64,000 nt of DNA from Eledone cirrhosa (lineage: Eukaryota): positions 91,326,001 to 91,390,000 of the forward strand of contig OZ024744.1 in NCBI GenBank assembly GCA_964016885.1. Direction: 5' to 3'. Positions 56,401-64,000 of the stretch are shown here, piece by piece; positions within the stretch are counted from its first letter, which is position 1; each line of letters starts with the position of its first letter. The translations under genes were made by a program, and so were the position numbers. The notes under the pieces were generated by a model that saw only the letters and a program-made list of their open reading frames with translations, was not told the origin of the DNA and did not search any database.

Positions 56401-59400
56401 TTTACATGATATACTGGGTACATTTCATCATGAAACCAGTACTACTTTACATGATGTACTCTGTACATTTCATCATGAAACCAGTACTACTTTATATGAT
56501 GTACTAGGTACATTTCATCATGAAACCAGTACTACTTTATATGATGTACTAGGTATATTTCATCATGAAACCAGTACTACTTTACATGATGTACTGGGGA
56601 CATTTCATCATGAAACCAGTAATACTTTACATGATGTGCTGGGTACATTTCATCATGAAACCAGTAATACTTTACATGATGTACTGGGTACATTTCATCA
56701 TGAAACCAGTAATACTTTACATGATGTGCTGGGTACATTTCATCATGAAACCAGTACTACTTTACATGGTGTACTGGGTACATTTCATCATGAAACCAGT
56801 ACTACTTTACATGGTGTACTGGGTACATTCTATCATGAAACCAGTACTACTTTACATGATGTACTGGGTACATTTCATCATGAAACCAGTACTACTTTAC
56901 ATGATATACTGGGTACATTTCATCATGAAACCAGTACTACTTTACATGATATACTGGGTACATTCTATCATGAAACCAGTACTACTTTACATGATGTACT
57001 GGGTACATTTTATCATGAAACCAGTACTACTTTACATGATGTACTGGGTACATTTCATCATGAAACCAGTACTACTTTACATGATATACTGGGTACATTC
57101 TATCATGAAACCAGTACTACTTTACATGATGTACTGGGTACATTTCATCATGAAACCAATACTCCTTTACATGATGTACTGGGTACATTTCATCATGAAA
57201 CCAGTACTCCTTTACATGATGTACTCGGTACATTTCATCATGAAACCAGTACTACTTTACATGATGTACTGGGTACATTTCATCATGAAACCAGTACTAC
57301 GTTACATGATGTACTGGGTACATTTCATCATGAAACCAGTACTACGTTACATGATGTCCTGGGTACATTTCATCATGAAACCAGTACTATGTTACATGAT
57401 GTACTGGGTACATTTCATCATGAAACCAGTACTACGTTACATGATGTACTGGGTACATTTCATCATGAAACCAGTACTACTTTACATGATGTACTGGGTA
57501 CATTTCATCATGAAACCAGTACTATGTTACATGATGTACTGGGTACATTTCATCATGAAACCAGTACTACTTTACATGATGTACTGGGTACATTTCATCA
57601 TGAAACCAGTACTACTTTACATGATGTACTGGGTACATTTCATCATGAAACCAGTACTACGTTACATGATGTACTGGGTACATTTCATCATGAAACCAGT
57701 ACTACTTTACATGATGTACTGGGTACATTTCATCATGAAACCAATACTCCTTTACATGATGTACTGGGTACATTTCATCATGAAACCAGTACTCCTTTAC
57801 ATGATGTACTCGGTACATTTCATCATGAAACCAGTACTACTTTACACGATGTACTGGGTACATTTTATCATGAAACCAGTAATACTTTACATGATGTGCT
57901 GGGTACATTTCATCATGAAACCAGTACTACTTTACATGATGTACTGGGTACATTTCATCATGAAACCAGTACTACTTTACATGATATACTGGGTACATTT
58001 CATCATGAAACCAATACTACTTTACATGATGTACTGGGTACATTTCATCATGAAACCAGTACTACTTTACATGATGTACTGGGTACATTTCATCATGAAA
58101 CCAGTATTACTTTACATGATGTGCTGGGTACATTTCATCATGAAACCAGTACTACTTTACATGATGTACTCTGTACATTTCAGCATGAAACCAGTACTAC
58201 TTTACATGATGTACTGGGTACATTTCATCATGAAACCAGTACTACGTTACATGATGTACTGGGTACATTTCATCATGAAACCAGTACTACTTTACATGAT
58301 GTGCTGGGTACATTTCATCATGAAACCAGTACTACTTTACATGATGTGCTGGGTACATTTCATCATGAAACCAATACTCCTTTACATGATGTACTGGGTA
58401 CATTTCATCATGAAACCAGTACTACTTTACATGATGTACTGGGTACATTTCATCATGAAACCAGTACTACTTTACATGATGTACTGGGTACATTTCATCA
58501 TGAAATCAATACTCCTTTACATGATGTACTGGGTACATTTCATCATGAAACCAGTACTACTTTACATGATGTACTCTGTACATTTCAGCATGAAACCAGT
58601 ACTACTTTACACGATGTACTGGGTACATTTCATCATGAAACCAGTACTACTGTACATGATGTACTGGGTACATTTCATCATGAAACCAGTACTACTTTAC
58701 ATGATGTACTGGGTACATTTCATCATGAAACCAGTAATAGTTTACATGATGTACTGGGTACATTTCATCATGAAACCAGTGCTACTTTACATGATGTACT
58801 GGGTAGATTTCATCATGAAACCAGTACTACTTTACATGATGTACTGGGTACATTTCATCATGAAAGCAGTACTACCTTACATGATATACTGGGTACATTT
58901 CATCATGAAACCATTACTACTTTACATGATATACTGGGTACATTTCATCATGAAACCAGTACTACTTTACATGATGTACTCTGTACATTTCATCATGAAA
59001 CCAGTACTACTTTATATGATGTACTAGGTACATTTCATCATGAAACCAGTACTACTTTACATGGTGTACTGGGTACATTTCATCATGAAACCAGTACTAC
59101 TTTACATGGTGTACTGGGTACATTCTATCATGAAACCAGTACTACTTTACATGATGTACTGGGTACATTTCATCATGAAACCAGTACTACTTTACATGAT
59201 ATACTGGGTACATTTCATCATGAAACCAGTACTACTTTACATGATATACTGGGTACATTCTATCATGAAACCAGTACTACTTTACATGATGTACTGGGTA
59301 CATTTTATCATGAAACCAGTACTACTTTACATGATGTACTGGGTACATTTCATCATGAAACCAGTACTACTTTACATGATATACTGGGTACATTCTATCA

Positions 59401-62400
59401 TGAAACCAATACTACTTTACATGATGTACTGGGTACATTTCATCATGAAACCAATACTCCTTTACATGATGTACTGGGTACATTTCATCATGAAACCAGT
59501 ACTCCTTTACATGATGTACTGGGTACATTTCATCATGAAACCAGTACTACTTTACATGATGTACTGGGTACATTTCATCATGAAACCAGTACTACGTTAC
59601 ATGATGTACTGGGTACATTTCATCATGAAACCAGTACTACGTTACATGATGTCCTGGGTACATTTCATCATGAAACCAGTACTACTTTACATGATGTACT
59701 GGGTACATTTCATCATGAAACCAGTACTACGTTACATGATGTACTGGGTACATTTCATCATGAAACCAGTACTACTTTACATGATGTACTGGGTACATTT
59801 CATCATGAAACCAGTACTATGTTACATGATGTACTGGGTACATTTCATCATGAAACCAGTACTACTTTACATGATGTACTGGGTACATTTCATCATGAAA
59901 CCAGTGCTACTTTACATGATGTACTGGGTACATTTCATCATGAAACCAGTACTACTTTACATGATGTCCTGGGTACATTTCATCATGAAACCAGTACTAC
60001 TTTACATGATGTACTGGGTACATTTCATCATGAAACCAGTACTACTTTACATGATGTACTGGGTACATTTCATCATGGAACCAGTACTACTTTACATGAT
60101 GTACTGGGTACATTTCATCATGAAACCAGTACTACTTTACATGATGTACTGGGTACATTTCATCATGAAACCAGTACTACTTTACATGATGTACTGGGTT
60201 CATTTCATCATGAAACCAGTACTACTTTACATGATGTACTGGGTACATTTCATCATGAAACCAGTACTACTTTACATGATGTACTGGGTACATTTCATCA
60301 TGAAACCAGTACTACTTTACATGATGTACTGGGTTCATTTCATCATGAAACCAGTACTACGTTACATGATGTACTGGGTACATTTCATCATGGAACCAGT
60401 ACTACTTTACATGATGTACTGGGTACATTTCATCATGGAACCAGTACTACTTTACATGATGTACTGGGTACATTTCATCATGAAACCAATACTACTTTAC
60501 ATGATGTACTGGGTACATTTCATCATGAAACCAGTACTACTTTACATGATGTACTGGGTACATTTCATCATGAAACCAGTATTACTTTACATGATGTGCT
60601 GGGTACATTTCATCATGAAACCAGTACTACTTTACATGATGTACTCTGTACATTTCAGCATGAAACCAGTACTACTTTACATGATGTACTGGGTACATTT
60701 CATCATGAAACCAGTACTACGTTACATGATGTACTGGGTACATTTCATCATGAAACCAGTACTACTTTACATGATGTGCTGGGTACATTTCATCATGAAA
60801 CCAGTACTACTTTACATGATGTGCTGGGTACATTTCATCATGAAACCAATACTCCTTTACATGATGTACTGGGTACATTTCATCATGAAACCAGTACTAC
60901 TTTACATGATGTACTGGGTACATTTCATCATGAAACCAGTACTACTTTACATGATGTACTCTGTACATTTCAGCATGAAACCAGTACTACTTTACACGAT
61001 GTACTGGGTACATTTCATCATGAAACCAGTACTACTTTACATGATGTACTGGGTACATTTCATCATGAAACCAGTACTACTTTACATGATATACTGGGTA
61101 CATTTCATCATGAAACCAGTACTACTTTACATGATATACTGGGTACATTTCATCATGAAACCAGTACTACTTTACATGATGTACTCTGTACATTTCATCA
61201 TGAAACCAGTACTACTTTATATGATGTACTAGGTACATTTCATCATGAAACCAGTACTACTTTATATGATGTACTAGGTACATTTCATCATGAAACCAGT
61301 ACTACTTTACATGATGTACTGGGGACATTTCATCATGAAACCAGTAATAATTTACATGATGTGCTGGGTACATTTCATCATGAAACCAGTAATACTTTAC
61401 ATGATGTACTGGGTACATTTCATCATGAAACCAGTAATACTTTACATGATGTGCTGGGTACATTTCATCATGAAACCAGTACTACTTTACATGGTGTACT
61501 GGGTACATTTCATCATGAAACCAGTACTACTTTACATGGTGTACTGGGTACATTCTATCATGAAACCAGTACTACTTTACATGATGTACTGGGTACATTT
61601 CATCATGAAACCAGTACTACTTTACATGATATACTGGGTACATTTCATCATGAAACCAGTACTACTTTACATGATATACTGGGTACATTCTATCATGAAA
61701 CCAGTACTACTTTACATGATGTACTGGGTACATTTTATCATGAAACCAGTATTACTTTACATGATGTACTGGGTACATTTCATCATGAAACCAGTACTAC
61801 TTTACATGATGTACTCTGTACATTTCAGCATGAAACCAGTACTACTTTACATGATGTACTGGGTACATTTCATCATGAAACCAGTACTACGTTACATGAT
61901 GTACTGGGTACATTTCATCATGAAACCAGTACTACTTTACATGATGTGCTGGGTACATTTCATCATGAAACCAGTACTACTTTACATGATGTGCTGGGTA
62001 CATTTCATCATGAAACCAATACTCCTTTACATGATGTACTGGGTACATTTCATCATGAAACCAGTACTACTTTACATGATGTACTGGGTACATTTCATCA
62101 TGAAACCAGTACTACTTTACATGATGTACTCTGTACATTTCAGCATGAAACCAGTACTACTTTACACGATGTACTGGGTACATTTCATCATGAAACCAGT
62201 ACTACTTTACATGATGTACTGGGTACATTTCATCATGAAACCAGTACTACTTTACATGATATACTGGGTACATTTCATCATGAAACCAGTACTACTTTAC
62301 ATGATATACTGGGTACATTTCATCATGAAACCTGTACTACTTTACATGATGTACTCTGTACATTTCATCATGAAACCAGTACTACTTTATATGATGTACT

Positions 62401-64000
62401 AGGTACATTTCATCATGAAACCAGTACTACTTTATATGATGTACTAGGTACATTTCATCATGAAACCAGTACTACTTTACATGATGTACTGGGGACATTT
62501 CATCATGAAACCAGTAATACTTTACATGATGTGCTGGGTACATTTCATCATGAAACCAGTAATACTTTACATGATGTACTGGGTACATTTCATCATGAAA
62601 CCAGTAATACTTTACATGATGTGCTGGGTACATTTCATCATGAAACCAGTACTACTTTACATGGTGTACTGGGTACATTTCATCATGAAACCAGTACTAC
62701 TTTACATGGTGTACTGGGTACATTCTATCATGAAACCAGTACTACTTTACATGATGTACTGGGTACATTTCATCATGAAACCAGTACTACTTTACATGAT
62801 ATACTGGGTACATTTCATCATGAAACCAGTACTACTTTACATGATATACTGGGTACATTCTATCATGAAACCAGTACTACTTTACATGATGTACTGGGTA
62901 CATTTTATCATGAAACCAGTATTACTTTACATGATGTACTGGGTACATTTCATCATGAAACCAGTACTACTTTACATGATATACTGGGTACATTCTATCA
63001 TGAAACCAATACTCCTTTACATGATGTACTGGGTACATTTCATCATGAAACCAATACTCCTTTACATGATGTACTGGGTACATTTCATCATGAAACCAGT
63101 ACTACTTTACATGATATACTGGGTACATTCTATCATGAAACCAGTACTACTTTACATGATGTACTGGGTACATTTCATCATGAAACCAGTACTCCTTTAC
63201 ATGATGTACTGGGTACATTTCATCATGAAACCAGTACTACTTTACATGATGTACTGGGTACATTTCATCATGAAACCAGTACTACGTTACATGATGTACT
63301 GGGTACATTTCATCATGAAACCAGTACTACGTTACATGATGTCCTGGGTACCTTTCATCATGAAACCAGTACTACTTTACATGATGTACTGGGTACATTT
63401 CATCATGAAACCAGTACTACGTTACATGATGTACTGGGTACATTTCATCATGAAACCAGTACTACGTTACATGATGTCCTGGGTACATTTCACCATGAAA
63501 CCAGTACTATGTTACATGATGTACTGGGTACATTTCATCATGAAACCAGTACTACGTTACATGATGTACTGGGTACATTTCATCATGAAACCAGTACTAC
63601 TTTACATGATGTACTGGGTACATTTCATCATGAAACCAGTACTATGTTACATGATGTACTGGGTACATTTCATCATGAAACCAGTACTACTTTACATGAT
63701 GTACTGGGTACATTTCATCATGAAACCAGTGCTACTTTACATGATGTACTGGGTACATTTCATCATGAAACCAGTACTACTTTACATGATGTCCTGGGTA
63801 CATTTCATCATGAAACCAGTACTACTTTACATGATGTACTGGGTACATTTCATCATGAAACCAGTACTACTTTACATGATGTACTGGGTACATTTCATCA
63901 TGGAACCAGTACTACTTTACATGATGTACTGGGTACATTTCCTCATGAAACCAGTACTACTTTACATGATGTACTGGGTACATTTCATCATGAAACCAGT
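8487..64000. repeat. 45-bp tandem satellite array (~1,230 monomers, runs off the window end)
   Basis: Uninterrupted head-to-tail copies of ACTTTACATGATGTACTGGGTACATTTCATCATGAAACCAGTACT, most within 0-3 substitutions of consensus and all in one orientation. Only five 1-bp indels are seen (~10411, ~13816, ~28216, ~30960, ~44234). Confidence 0.99.

Noticed and set aside
8487-62402. MKPVLLYMMYWVHFI-repeat ORFs
   Set aside because: This alternative frame of the satellite is repeatedly ended by TAG/TGA/TAA variants, and its composition is implausible for a protein.
8487-64000. CRISPR-like array
   Set aside because: Units are contiguous with no unique spacers, there are no cas genes, and the context is eukaryotic.
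8487-64000. Hammerhead-ribozyme (retrozyme) satellite
   Set aside because: The minus strand has ATGATGAAA but not the required CTGANGA...GAAA...NUH core with flanking stems.

Overview
Eukaryotic, repeat-dominated DNA. The microsatellite and retroposon content resembles a cephalopod (octopus-type) genome; this is an inference from recalled repeat motifs. Bases 1-~8,480 are a mosaic of microsatellites, GA-rich minisatellites and nested transposon relics. These include a ~1.1 kb non-autonomous Helitron (A|TC...CTAG|T, no TSD), a piggyBac-type MITE (TTAA TSD), two copies of an RTE-like short retroposon, a LINE-type C2H2 finger remnant, a ~300 bp fold-back inverted repeat and a SINE with a (CAT)n tail. 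From ~8,487 to the window end (55.5 kb, ~1,230 units) is one head-to-tail 45-bp satellite (ACTTTACATGATGTACTGGGTACATTTCATCATGAAACCAGTACT). It appears to have grown out of an internal segment of the adjacent SINE, with degenerate proto-units still present at the junction. The monomer is rich in dyad symmetry. The array has a layered higher-order structure with duplication offsets of 26, 39, 51, 61, 157, 263 and 287 monomers. The huge His/Thr-rich ORFs are best explained as a by-product of a stop-free 45-bp unit. No confidently recognisable protein-coding gene, RNA gene or CRISPR array is present.
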